IMG/VR virus record: IMGVR_UViG_3300020598_000119
Strand: one strand, 5' to 3'
From: a virus
Lineage: Duplodnaviria > Caudoviricetes
Length of the DNA: 64,000 nucleotides
Shown: positions 10,890 to 20,565 of the stretch, one piece after another
Layout: each line of letters begins with the position of its first letter
Position numbering within the stretch: position 1 is the stretch's first letter
Position numbers and translations under genes: made by a program
The notes under the pieces: model-generated
Seen by the model: the letters and a program-made list of their open reading frames with translations, nothing else
Databases searched by the model: none
Told to the model about the DNA's origin: nothing

Positions 10890-11908
10890 TGACAGGGACC
10901 ACTATGACGGAAAAGACCATTAGCCTTCGGGCTACACTCCCGCTTGCGAAGCCCGCTCGAAAGCAAGCCTTCGGTTTCCTTTCCGTCGACGTCACGATCC
11001 GCGAACTTGACTCAATCGAGGAAAACTCTGTTCTCGATTATGCGCGGGTGACGATCCTCCATAGAGGTCCCAATCGAAATATTCCGAAGATCGTCGACAT
11101 CAAGGACTTCGAGAACAGCTACTGGAGGAGGGTCGAGAACGACCGCTTCTACACAGAGGCGGCAGAAATTCTCCAGAATTGCAGCGATGCAGGTCTGACG
11201 AAAATACTCGATAAGTCGATCCCGCTCATCAGTGCTGATTATCCAAACCCTCAACCGATATCTGCATTCAAGGCGGATGACGTGCAGGAACTGATGTCGA
11301 ATTTGTCAAAGGCAACTGAAAACCTGATGCTCTTTAAGGGGGAAGTGTTTCGAACCACTCCAGAGCCTACATGGATCGTGACGGAAGCGAAGGGTCATGA
11401 TGCAGGTCTGATCGTCCAGCCATTTCTCGGAACCCCACGGCACAAACAGAACACGGCGTTCTTCGCAGCAGACCAACGAGAGCGAGCTGAAGAATTCGCG
11501 GACACGCTGGCTTGCGAACTGAACGTGACCCGCTTCCCTACCAAAGGCGAAATTGCTGAAGGTGACTTTTTCGGAACCAGCTTCGACCAGACTGCTTTCG
11601 CAAACGAGCGGCTCGTGGACCTTTACCAGCGAGTAGTCTTCAGCCTTCATGGTGACGTACCCGATCATATCCTTTCCGCCGCAATGAGGCTGAAGGAGCA
11701 AGAAGATTCGCCCGCAAAGATCATAAGTGCCCTCATGTTGCATCAAGACCTGAAAGCTACCAACTCAGGAGGCCCTGCCGTTAATGCATTTCTCGGGGTG
11801 GCTGAAAGTTCGGCACTCCTCGTAGCTTCCCTAAATGAAGGACGCGAACTGTCGATGGGTGAAATATCTCTCCTTGACGAAAAACTATCCGAACTAGCCC
11901 TTTCCTGA
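10889..11908 (+). CDS. hypothetical protein
   Basis: TAATG-coupled to the upstream ORF. Confidence 0.55.
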   Translation: MTGTTMTEKTISLRATLPLAKPARKQAFGFLSVDVTIRELDSIEENSVLDYARVTILHRGPNRNIPKIVDIKDFENSYWRRVENDRFYTEAAEILQNCSDAGLTKILDKSIPLISADYPNPQPISAFKADDVQELMSNLSKATENLMLFKGEVFRTTPEPTWIVTEAKGHDAGLIVQPFLGTPRHKQNTAFFAADQRERAEEFADTLACELNVTRFPTKGEIAEGDFFGTSFDQTAFANERLVDLYQRVVFSLHGDVPDHILSAAMRLKEQEDSPAKIISALMLHQDLKATNSGGPAVNAFLGVAESSALLVASLNEGRELSMGEISLLDEKLSELALS

Positions 11909-12879
11909 GCCTGAGACCTATCAACTGGAACAGACAGCCGTCTGAAGAACGGTTTCGGGCGCGAAGTCGTCAATGCAGAGTGGGTAGTTACCCCGTTACG
12001 GATGACCTTCGGGGTGTCATCTCTCCGATTCAGAATAGAATCTGGGTTAAAGGCGGAAATTTCTTTCCGCCCCCCTTCTGGGCACAGTTCTGCCTCATGC
12101 GCCTTCCATGACATTACAGTCAGCGCATCGGCCAGCTGACGAAGGACGGGGTTTGTAGTGCGGCGAGCTAACTTGAACGCCTTGACGTCCAATGGCTCTT
12201 TGTATGGCTCCGGCCTGCAGGCATCTGAAAAGCTGATCTCAACAGTGTTAGGAGACTTCCCTGGCCTTCGGCGGATAAGTCCGGCTTGCTCCAGCTCGAT
12301 GAAATAGTTTCGGATCGTGCGAGTGGTCCGTCCCAACTGCATCGCTATCGAGCACGTGTATGTAATTAAGGTCTTTGCCTTGCCTGCCTTTGACAGCAAC
12401 AACGCGAGGCATGTTTTAGCCCCATCGCGGACAAAGCCGTCCAAAAGCGCGTCGAGCGACATCTTCGGCACGAACATACCGTCAGTCTTTGGCAGGATGC
12501 GCTTCTTGCGACGGTTTCGAGTGAGATAGACTCCACGTGGAGCAGGCCGCTTCTTTGCCTCGCTCAGTGCGATTTGGTTCTCACAGAACGCCTCCGCGAC
12601 TTCGAGAGACCACAGTCCCTCTCTATAGCCGACATAGATCGCCTGCATCGGAGGCATCGAATCTTGGCGCTGACGAATGTATTCTAGGACATGCAGAGGG
12701 ATTGGCTTCGTCTTTGCAAAACGAGGTTCATCGCCTCGCGCAATGACAGCCGCCAATTTGGCCACAATGTCATAGCCGAATTCGCCCCGTGCCGCCGCAG
12801 CTGTTGCTGCGTGAAGGCTCTCTGCAGGGGAACCAGCAATGATATATGGCTCTAGCTCCGCTGGTAACGTTGCGGACAT
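11743..12879 (-). CDS. winged-helix protein, probable plasmid replication protein
   Basis: HTH 'SIAMQLGRTTRTIRNYFIELEQAGLIRR'; adjacent to the origin; antisense-RNA-like element upstream. Confidence 0.55.
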   Translation of the reverse strand: MSATLPAELEPYIIAGSPAESLHAATAAAARGEFGYDIVAKLAAVIARGDEPRFAKTKPIPLHVLEYIRQRQDSMPPMQAIYVGYREGLWSLEVAEAFCENQIALSEAKKRPAPRGVYLTRNRRKKRILPKTDGMFVPKMSLDALLDGFVRDGAKTCLALLLSKAGKAKTLITYTCSIAMQLGRTTRTIRNYFIELEQAGLIRRRPGKSPNTVEISFSDACRPEPYKEPLDVKAFKLARRTTNPVLRQLADALTVMSWKAHEAELCPEGGRKEISAFNPDSILNRRDDTPKVIRNGVTTHSALTTSRPKPFFRRLSVPVDRSQAQERASSDSFSSRRDISPIDSSRPSFREATRSAELSATPRNALTAGPPELVAFRS

Positions 12880-13011
12880 AGCTCCACCCTTCGGAGACGC
12901 AAAAGCACGCCTCTCCTGGCAAGCAATTGGTGTCTCAAGGCACAAAAATTCGTGCTTCCGGAGTCACCGAAAGTGCTTGCTCTCCAACGATGTGTGGGCT
13001 AGTTTCGAACC

Positions 13012-13082
13012 TGCTTGTGGTGGTCAAAACCCAACCCTATTAAGAGAAGCCTGATGTGCGCCAACACGTCGGGCTTCTTTGC
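13012..13082 (+). ncRNA. putative counter-transcribed (antisense) RNA
   Basis: TTGCTC-N17-TAGTTT promoter (12977-13005) and AGAAGCCTGATGTG/CACGTCGGGCTTCT hairpin, antisense to the leader of the HTH gene. Confidence 0.45.
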
Positions 13083-13175
13083 TTCCAGCCTCAGAAATCT
13101 CTCAAATCACTATCTCCTGCGTACAATGATGCGATTGTCACAAAGGGGTACCCGATTCTTGTCGCAGGAGTCATC

Positions 13176-14152
13176 GGGAGGTATTGCGGGCACTGGGGTA
13201 GGTTTATGAGGCAGATTGCACTTTTTTGAGCCTCGATAGGGAGGTTTTAGAGGCACCTGAAGTTTGCGGGTGCTGGCCTGTGGGTAGGTTTAAGGAGCAG
13301 TTGGGAGGCCGCCTGCCTAGCAGCGATGTCTCCGTAGCTCTCTCCAAAGATGCTCCCGCCATTCATTCCTCGCCGCTGCTGACCTGCCCGCATTTTGAGG
13401 AGGTTTAAGAGACGGTTGGGTTACAGGGTCCCGAAGTGCCCGATCAGCAGGTAGGTATAAGAGGCACTTGGCACCTCACGCCGCCCCTCAAAGGTTAGAG
13501 CCGGGAGGTCTAAGAGGCACTTGCACATTTTATGAGCAGCCATTGGGTAGCGGAGGGGAGGTTTAAGAGGCACTTGGCGGTAACCTCAGCTACTTGGGTC
13601 GGTGACAGGTAGGTTTAAGGAGCACTTGGCTTCCATGCCCTGACGGCCACCCACCGGCATTGATGGCCACGATCAAAGGCTCAATGGCAACCGCCCTTGG
13701 AATGCGCTCGATGGGGAGGAATAAGAGGCCACGCGTGCGCCCCCAATAACCAGGGAGGTCTAAGAGGCACTTGAGAACACTCCGAGCCGTGGTGCCAAGG
13801 TAGGTAGGTATAGGAGGCGCTCCGGTTTACAGCTAGAAATGGGGTCGACTAGGGAGGTTTAGCGGGCGCATGATTCGGAAATGCACTCGTCTCTGATTCC
13901 TCTTCTGGACTGTGCAATGCACGCAGAGGGTAGGTTTAAGAGGCACTTCGAATCGCAAACCCCTCAAAGTTCCTGATCGATAGGGAGGTTTAGGAGGCAC
14001 TTGGCGTTTCAGGCCTGATTTCCTGTGCAACAAGCCTACTTACCTCTTTCTCGATTTCGGATTCCGAAAGAATCGGATTACGTCTTTGAAATGGAAGGTA
14101 TCGCCAACCAGGTAGGTTTAAGAGGCGCATAGGTAGGTATTAGGAGCGCTTA
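13176..14152 (+). repeat. iteron array / replication origin, about 17 imperfect 21-bp direct repeats
   Basis: consensus GG(G/T)AGGT(T/A/C)TAAGAGGCACTTG at 13176, 13197, 13239, 13283, 13398, 13450, 13503, 13556, 13608, 13714, 13753, 13803, 13852, 13929, 13983, 14111, 14132; directly upstream of repA. Confidence 0.85.
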
Positions 14153-14215
14153 TAGATTCTACTTGAAAGCCCCTTCGGATCTATTTATGAGCACTCCTCA
14201 TACGGAGAACAATTT

Positions 14216-15364
14216 ATGGGAAATCAAATTGCGGGTGAATTGACGCTCAAGAACAACGTCAAAATTCTTTCTGATGCAAAGGCGAAGAAAGAGAAGCGCG
14301 AAGTGACTGAATACCTTCAGACATCGCTGTTCTCCTTGCTAGAACAGAACCAGACCAATTGCACTGCCCTATACGACCTTGCCCCGCGTTTCATTAGCCG
14401 CGTTGAGCGGCCGGACGACACGGCGTATTTGGTCGCCATCAAAAAGGATTTCACCTTCAACGGCGAGCCATATCGCGTGACTGTAAGCCCTGCACGCGTG
14501 ATCCAGCAGGATGGCAGTGAACGCGACGAGCTGCCCGGCGAGCGCGAACAGCTTGTTGAAGACGTCATTCGCAGGATGGCGGCTGATTGTATGAAGGTCC
14601 ATCAGGACCAAATTGAGATACCGTTCTCGATCTATGCCATTCATCGGGAACTCATGCGCCATGGCCACACCTTCAGCAAGCAGGAGGTCAAGGAGGCGCT
14701 CATCATCCTGAACAAGAGCAATATCGAGATCACGAAGATCGTCGAGGAAGGTAGCCGCAAGCCGAAGCCCGTTCTGTCGGCCGCTGCCTACCCTGTCTTG
14801 AAGTTTTCGGATGCGAGCGATCCCGAAAGCACGGCGTCTGTTCAGCTCAACCCGCTACTCGTTCAGGCGATCAAGTCGCTCGCTTTCGAGCAGATCAACT
14901 ACGACTGGATGATGCAGGTGAAGGGGTCCCTGCCTCGGTGGATTTTCAAGTACATTTCTTTGATGCTGGCTGACACAACGGATGACAGCCATACGATCCA
15001 ACTCTCAGCGGCCGAGATCGCTCGTTCTTTCGGCCACATCAGGGTGCGCTGGCGGGCCTCTTTGATGGAAGTCGAAAAAGCATTCGATTCCCTCCAGAAG
15101 TTCGGCATCATTGACAGCATCGAGAAGCAGGAAGTCTATTCAGGGAAAAAGAAGGAAGACATTACCTTCACCGCGAAACTCTCGTCAAAGTTCATGGCCG
15201 ACCGCATCAACGCCAAGGGGCGGCGGTCGTTTATCGAAAGTGAAGTGAAGCGGCGCGTGGAACCGAACCAAGTAGCCAAGTTTTACCCTCTCACAGCAAA
15301 CGAAGCTGGTGACCTTGCCAAGTCCTACAAGGACAACGTGGTCGTATTAGGCAAAGCTAGGTAG
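14216..15364 (+). CDS. repA: plasmid replication initiator (IncA/C-like RepA family)
   Basis: 'LYDLAPRF', 'LPGEREQLVEDVIRR', 'FSIY.I.REL...GH.FS..EVKEAL'; upstream iterons. Confidence 0.8.
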   Translation: MGNQIAGELTLKNNVKILSDAKAKKEKREVTEYLQTSLFSLLEQNQTNCTALYDLAPRFISRVERPDDTAYLVAIKKDFTFNGEPYRVTVSPARVIQQDGSERDELPGEREQLVEDVIRRMAADCMKVHQDQIEIPFSIYAIHRELMRHGHTFSKQEVKEALIILNKSNIEITKIVEEGSRKPKPVLSAAAYPVLKFSDASDPESTASVQLNPLLVQAIKSLAFEQINYDWMMQVKGSLPRWIFKYISLMLADTTDDSHTIQLSAAEIARSFGHIRVRWRASLMEVEKAFDSLQKFGIIDSIEKQEVYSGKKKEDITFTAKLSSKFMADRINAKGRRSFIESEVKRRVEPNQVAKFYPLTANEAGDLAKSYKDNVVVLGKAR

Positions 15365-16276
15365 ACGCTCGTCCTTCAGACCGTCCCAACCTTCTGACGG
15401 CATCCATCGTGCATCCGTAGCGGTGTCTTCGGACATTGCGGGGATTAAAAATTCGCGCATTTCTGCGATGACAGCGACGAGGTCTATGTCGTCCTTGAGG
15501 TTCGTCTTACGCAGGAATGCACGCCATGCGCGCTCGTTCTCACGACCGAACTCATCTGACAAACCCGGCATGTTTGGATCGATGACACGGCCTTGGTGCT
15601 CGAATGTATTTGCGATAGCCCGCGACAAGACACTTCCTTCTATCTCGTATGAGTTCTGAATACGCCAGATGTCATAGTAATCCTTGTGTCGGGTGTTATC
15701 GCTGCCGAACTGGGCTATCGCATGAAGCTTCTCAGAGACAATGGTCTCAAGTGGGTACCCAGCAATAACAGGGCAGGGGACGACGTCCGGCAATAACGTT
15801 GGGATCTCCATTGGCACGGCGTCAGGCGTTATGACGTTCTGAAAGCCAACGTCCACGCGGATTTGAATACGGGCAGTATGTACCTTGCCTGTCAAAACCA
15901 CCTTGCCACCAGGAATGATGCCCTCACGATCCTTGAGCGTCTTCATGGTATCGAGATCGAAGGTAACACCGTCATCTGGAACAGGCGTCGAAATGGCCAT
16001 ACGGATCGTCTTCTCGATCTCTTCGATGCCGCCTTCCCCGAAGCCATTAAAGTCTATGTCCTCAGTGGGACGCAGGACATCGCCGTTGTTATAGGCGGCC
16101 AGCATCAGACCTCCCTTGAGACAAAAATTCGAGGCGGCGTCACAGACGGAAATCCGATAGAGAAGTCGCTGCTGGGCGTACAGACGAACAAGCGACTGCA
16201 TATCAAGACCAGACGCCTTAGCCTGGGCCTTCAGCTTGTCATAAACGCTCGCTCCGATATTCTTAGTCTCAGCCAT
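15347..16276 (-). CDS. abiEii: AbiEii-family nucleotidyltransferase toxin (type IV TA)
   Basis: 'LKGG...RPTEDIDF', 'ETIVSEKLHA', 'R.KDYYD'. Confidence 0.9.
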   Translation of the reverse strand: MAETKNIGASVYDKLKAQAKASGLDMQSLVRLYAQQRLLYRISVCDAASNFCLKGGLMLAAYNNGDVLRPTEDIDFNGFGEGGIEEIEKTIRMAISTPVPDDGVTFDLDTMKTLKDREGIIPGGKVVLTGKVHTARIQIRVDVGFQNVITPDAVPMEIPTLLPDVVPCPVIAGYPLETIVSEKLHAIAQFGSDNTRHKDYYDIWRIQNSYEIEGSVLSRAIANTFEHQGRVIDPNMPGLSDEFGRENERAWRAFLRKTNLKDDIDLVAVIAEMREFLIPAMSEDTATDARWMPSEGWDGLKDERLPSFA

Positions 16277-16342
16277 ATCTTCTCTCCTGAATTCAAGGTG
16301 AGAGACGGCCATGAAATGAACAAGCCGGAAGTGTCTGGAGAT

Positions 16343-17023
16343 TTAGAAGGAAGGAACCTCTGAGCGCACATAACGAACTGTCTTCGTATATGGGCGGATC
16401 GCCTCGTAACATTTAAAAGTTCGAGCAATCGCAGCAACCGTATCAAATGAAAAGTGCTTCATGTTCTCTGAATTCGTTCGGTTCAACGACTCCAAGAACA
16501 TCTCATCCGTGATTCGGACCTGATCCATGCGCATGCTTGGATTAAACGTGCTGTATCTGAAAAGATCGACAAGGGTTCTCTCTGGAGATGTGACTTTGAC
16601 ATTGACGCCGTCGATCACGTGGTCGTCGACACCAATCTCAAACATATCTGGGTTTCGCCACATCAACGTGTCGATCTCAAGCATCCACTGGTTAGCACCC
16701 ATTGAAGGGCTACCCCCCATTTCTCTAGGCACTGCGACCGACAGCTTCCCTGGAAGCTCTTGCGTCATGTTGTGAAATGAAGCGGCCGACAGAAGACAGA
16801 TCACCGACCTCGGGTACTTCTTAGCAACGAGCGCCCAGTCTGAATGAACATTCGTTTCGAACGATGTCAGACGATAGACACCCCAAGCTGGGTTCTCGAC
16901 CTCATTCGCCCTGATCAGAGAACGCATGATGGTCTTCGTGACACCATGCTTTTTGAGATCGGCCATCGTCAGAGGGCCATCAGCAGCCTTCAACAATTCT
17001 AGGGCGGTTTCGCGAGTGGTCAT
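16343..17023 (-). CDS. abiEi: AbiEi-family antitoxin/autorepressor
   Basis: wHTH 'GVYRL', 'VICLLSAASFH', 'VTSPERTLVDLFRY'. Confidence 0.88.
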   Translation of the reverse strand: MTTRETALELLKAADGPLTMADLKKHGVTKTIMRSLIRANEVENPAWGVYRLTSFETNVHSDWALVAKKYPRSVICLLSAASFHNMTQELPGKLSVAVPREMGGSPSMGANQWMLEIDTLMWRNPDMFEIGVDDHVIDGVNVKVTSPERTLVDLFRYSTFNPSMRMDQVRITDEMFLESLNRTNSENMKHFSFDTVAAIARTFKCYEAIRPYTKTVRYVRSEVPSF

Positions 17024-17127
17024 ATTGCTCCCTTTCTATGACAAGCATATAGTCTGTCATGGAAAGAAGCAAGAACATAGCACCTTCTAAATGACAGATT
17101 GCTATCTTGTCATAAAAAGGGAGCAAT
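17024..17127. promoter_or_regulatory. AbiEi operator region: two ATGACA-N11-TGTCAT palindromes inside a 22-bp inverted repeat
   Basis: palindromes at 17038-17060 and 17091-17113; outer arms 17024-17045 and 17106-17127 (1 mismatch). Confidence 0.65.
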
Positions 17128-17562
17128 TCTCAGCCTGATGCATCCAGTTCACAGTTCAGTTTGCCGCCGTCGATCTAAGGACAAGGCTAATGCTTGTTGT
17201 TGCAAGGCACTCCACTGAAAAACTCCAATGAACAAAAAGAGCGAGACGCCCATACCCGTACCTAGAATTATTTTTGATTTATATTCGTGTCGTCGATTGA
17301 TTTTCGATTTAAAACCCGATACGAGGTTCCTCGTAATTATTTCACAATTGAAAGCCCCCTCCCTTTCCATGACAAGATGCGTTCTGTCATGGAAAGGCGG
17401 CATTTACGTTTGCGCAAGCCAAGCAACCAAAGACAGTACGCCGAAGCTGGCCGCAGATTACAATGACCCAGGCCCTACGCACAGAGCAGCCATGCGCAAA
17501 CATCCATTTAATTAATGTGATTCATTGATTATCTATGAATTTGTAAACAGAAGGATAATACC

Positions 17563-17709
17563 ATGAAAATTATGAGAGCATACAACAACTGGCGTCGATA
17601 TCGTGACACAGTGAACGAGCTGAACTCGCTTTCCAACCGCGAGTTGACCGATCTCGGCATTTCACGCGCTGACATCCCTTACATTGCCAAGCAGGCGGCC
17701 GTTCGCTGA
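17563..17709 (+). CDS. DUF1127 small protein (48 aa, not in ORF track)
   Basis: MKIMRAYNNWRRYRDTVNELNSLSNRELTDLGISRADIPYIAKQAAVR; AAGGA RBS. Confidence 0.9.
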   Translation: MKIMRAYNNWRRYRDTVNELNSLSNRELTDLGISRADIPYIAKQAAVR

Positions 17710-17722
17710 TGCTGCGCCAACG

Positions 17723-17754
17723 AAAAACGCCCTGACATCGAGTTCAGGGCGTTT
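17723..17754 (+). terminator. intrinsic terminator after DUF1127
   Basis: AAACGCCCTGA..TCAGGGCGTTT. Confidence 0.65.
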
Positions 17755-18080
17755 GAATTTGAAGAGAATGCCTTTAGCGACCGCCAGCAGCGTTATCGAT
17801 CTGCGAACGAGAGATACCGATATCGGCAAGAAGATGGTCGTCCAATTGACTGAGCTGATAAACAGCACGGCGATGATTAAGATACTGAGTTACTTTTTTA
17901 CGAATGTTCATTTCTTTTCCTCACATGAATAATCCTCTGAATTATAAATGGGCTTTGGCTTGAATATTTGCTATGGAATAAAACGCACACTAGCTATGCA
18001 TGGGAGGAATGGCTCGCATAATTATTATGCATGGGAAAAACTACAGTAGTGGCGAACTCAACAATCAATACGGAATGTAA

Positions 18081-18156
18081 TGGCGCGACCGGGGAGAGTC
18101 GAACTCCCGACCTCCTCGTTCGGAGCGAGGCGCTCTATCCACTGAGCTACGGCCGC
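18081..18156 (-). tRNA. tRNA-Arg(CCG)
   Basis: cloverleaf, CCTCG-CT CCG AA-CGAGG, CCA end. Confidence 0.92.
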
Positions 18157-18164
18157 ATTTAAGG

Positions 18165-18240
18165 TGGAGCGCACGGCAGGATTCGAACCTGCATAAATCG
18201 GCTTCGTAGACCGATGCCACATCCCTTGGACCACGTGCGC
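18165..18240 (-). tRNA. tRNA-Arg(ACG), divergent D-arm
   Basis: TCGGT-CT ACG AA-GCCGA, GTTCGAATC, CCA. Confidence 0.85.
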
Positions 18241-18281
18241 GAATTATTTATGACGTTTGTCCAGATCGTCATAAAAAGAAG

Positions 18282-18359
18282 TGGCACGTTTGACAGGATT
18301 CGAACCTGTGACCTTCGGTTTCGTAGACCGACGCTCTGATCCAGCTGAGCTACAAACGC
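18282..18359 (-). tRNA. tRNA-Arg(ACG)
   Basis: TCGGT-CT ACG AA-ACCGA, CCA. Confidence 0.92.
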
Positions 18360-18414
18360 AATCTCAATTAAAAGGCGGCTGCACCAGCGCCAAATAATCG
18401 AAACCATGAAACTG

Positions 18415-18490
18415 TGGTGCCATCAGCGAGGATCGAACTCGCGACTTTCGGCTCTTCAGACCGACGCTCTACCAACTGAGCTACAATGGC
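18415..18490 (-). tRNA. tRNA-Phe(GAA)
   Basis: TCGGT-CT GAA GA-GCCGA, CCA. Confidence 0.92.
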
Positions 18491-18522
18491 TTAGAAAGGG
18501 CTTTCGCTCTTTCGATGATTTG

Positions 18523-18551
18523 ACTATGCCAGACACAAAAACCTGAGTCAA
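18523..18551 (-). promoter_or_regulatory. sigma70-like promoter immediately upstream of tRNA-Phe
   Basis: TTGACT-N17-CATAGT. Confidence 0.5.
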
Positions 18552-18717
18552 CAACAAAAATAAAAAAAGATAATATTTTCAAACGCTTACATGGAAAATC
18601 AGCATGCAAAAAGGCTTCTCGGGAAGTTCGTTCCCAAGCTAAAAATCAAACATTTCGCTCCTAAATCGAGCCTTTTTTCGCCGTCGTCGTCGCATCGCTT
18701 TCTCCAGTTTCAAGACA

Positions 18718-18766
18718 ATAAAAAAGGCTGGGGCTTCGTACCTTCCGGTAGAAGCCCCAGCCTTTG
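18718..18766 (-). terminator. attenuator terminator of the Phe/Arg tRNA operon
   Basis: AAAGGCTGGGGCTTC..GAAGCCCCAGCCTTTTTT on the minus strand. Confidence 0.8.
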
Positions 18767-18789
18767 CTTTAACAGTGATCAGTCTTAGA

Positions 18790-18876
18790 TCATGTCATGC
18801 GCAAGCGCGTTGGAAGCCATCCGACCGGATGTCCAATAACGCTAAATCGCCGACGAATGATCAAACCAACTGACAT
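18790..18876 (-). CDS. leader peptide MSVGLIIRRRFSVIGHPVGWLPTRLRMT (Arg/Phe control codons)
   Basis: AAAGGGA RBS; CGT CGG CGA TTT; stop about 25 nt before the terminator. Confidence 0.7.
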   Translation of the reverse strand: MSVGLIIRRRFSVIGHPVGWLPTRLRMT

Positions 18877-19335
18877 GTTTTTCCCTTTTAGATAGACCAG
18901 CTTTGGCTTGTTTCATAATTCATTTTCGAATTATGTCCCCACCGCCATTGAGGGGATCCAAATTTGTCATTGATTTGCTATGAAGCACCTCAATGGCGCA
19001 TCTGCACCATGCTTTGACACATAGGGCAGATATTCTGTGCATTAAACGGACAATGCATGATCCACATTAGTATGACCTTGATAATCCACTCACTGTAGCC
19101 ACGTCTCTGCGACGAACGAACCATCTGCGGTTCTTGGTCGAGCAGCTATCAAGCATACTGTGCAAATCAGACATATCCGTTTAATACTATTCACAAATCT
19201 AGCCATATTTAAGAAAATGGCAACTTATTTCTTTTTGCCTTTATGAATTTTTAACAGGGCAATTAAGGCCATCCACGCCATGAGGCGAATTATGAAACAA
19301 GCCACTTATATACAGGTCCCGACAACAGTCAAGAA

Positions 19336-19950
19336 TTATGGTTGCAGCCCCCTACTGTCCTCCAGGGTTTCGTTTAAGCGAGTGATCGTGGAATTAAGAT
19401 ATTGGCTAATGCTCTCAGCAGCTTCCTTCAACTCCGGTTCCATTACCTTAGGTCTGTCAAGAGCAAGTGCGCGCTGGGTAACAACCACCGGCGGCGTCTG
19501 CCCGCTACAGATATATGCGGCTGCCAGATGATCCGACAGGTCTGCTCCACCAGAAGTCAATGCGAAACCGGATATCATTGTGATGTCGTCTACCTGACCT
19601 GAAATCAAAACGCAGCTCAATCCGGCCGCGTACATGGCATTCGCGGCCGCCTGAGGGTCGACTGTCGGCGTACATGGCCAGAATACAGTCATCTGCGGAT
19701 GAAACTGCTGCTTCCACTCATCATGACCAGCCGTCCCCTTGAAGGAGGCGACGGCGAAGCGATAGGCCTCCTCCTCATCCTCTGGAACCACCAAGCCATT
19801 GGCGACAAGGTGGTCGGGGGAATAGTTAGCATCATAGAGATCGTCGTCGGACGGTTCTGGATAGACAATGAGTTTGTCCAGATCGCCGATACAAGACCAA
19901 TTGAACCGCGAGGGCGTTGCCAAAATGAAATCAGTAGATAGCTTGCTCAT
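19336..19950 (-). CDS. hypothetical protein
   Basis: 204-aa ORF. Confidence 0.55.
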   Translation of the reverse strand: MSKLSTDFILATPSRFNWSCIGDLDKLIVYPEPSDDDLYDANYSPDHLVANGLVVPEDEEEAYRFAVASFKGTAGHDEWKQQFHPQMTVFWPCTPTVDPQAAANAMYAAGLSCVLISGQVDDITMISGFALTSGGADLSDHLAAAYICSGQTPPVVVTQRALALDRPKVMEPELKEAAESISQYLNSTITRLNETLEDSRGLQP

Positions 19951-20032
19951 TCAACTTATATCCAATGAGGTTATGCATCCACCTTGAAAGCAATTGACGC
20001 ATAAATCATCTGTCAAGATGGTGAAACGCCAA

Positions 20033-20281
20033 TTACTTCGAGGTGGAGTACGGCGCGTCGCGGTCGATGCTCTTCAACTCGGCTTGCTTTTGTAGGCCAG
20101 TCCTCTTCCACGACTGCCTGGTAGTCGAGGCAATTGGAGCAGGATTGGAAGCGCTCTTGCTATCGACGACCACTCCGTGAGGTGCCGCCACGAGACCAAG
20201 ATGATTTTGCTTTGGGGTCGAAAAACTGCAACCGCCGAGAACCAAAGTTGCCAACGAAACTGCGATAAAAGTCGCACGCAT
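20033..20281 (-). CDS. small lipoprotein
   Basis: lipobox LGGC after a hydrophobic signal. Confidence 0.55.
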   Translation of the reverse strand: MRATFIAVSLATLVLGGCSFSTPKQNHLGLVAAPHGVVVDSKSASNPAPIASTTRQSWKRTGLQKQAELKSIDRDAPYSTSK

Positions 20282-20565
20282 AGGTCACCTATAAAAACAC
20301 ACTTCCCAAATTCTGAAGGCAAGGAGCGTCGGCGTCAATTTCAGGGGATAACCCTAATCATCGGAATTCCCACAAAATAATTTACTAAAAAGCCTCGTTT
20401 AATGCGTTGATAAATATGGAATACCACCTTTTATCTGCGACAATTTGGGCTTGTTCTGCTTAATTATGGATTTTCTGTTTGACCTTCCTTTAATTACGAC
20501 CTAATTTCCAGCCCATCCAACAAATGGAACCCAAATGTTTTTGATAGGAATTCGGAGAATTAAGA

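Noticed and set aside
13398-13630. CRISPR-like array (21-bp repeats, about 31-bp unique spacers)
   Set aside because: The repeats are degenerate, non-palindromic and irregularly spaced overall; there are no cas genes; the position upstream of repA indicates iterons.
18943-18998. Inverted repeat CGCCATTGAGG/CCTCAATGGCG upstream of the Arg/Phe leader
   Set aside because: It is real, but I cannot assign a function or a promoter to it from sequence alone.
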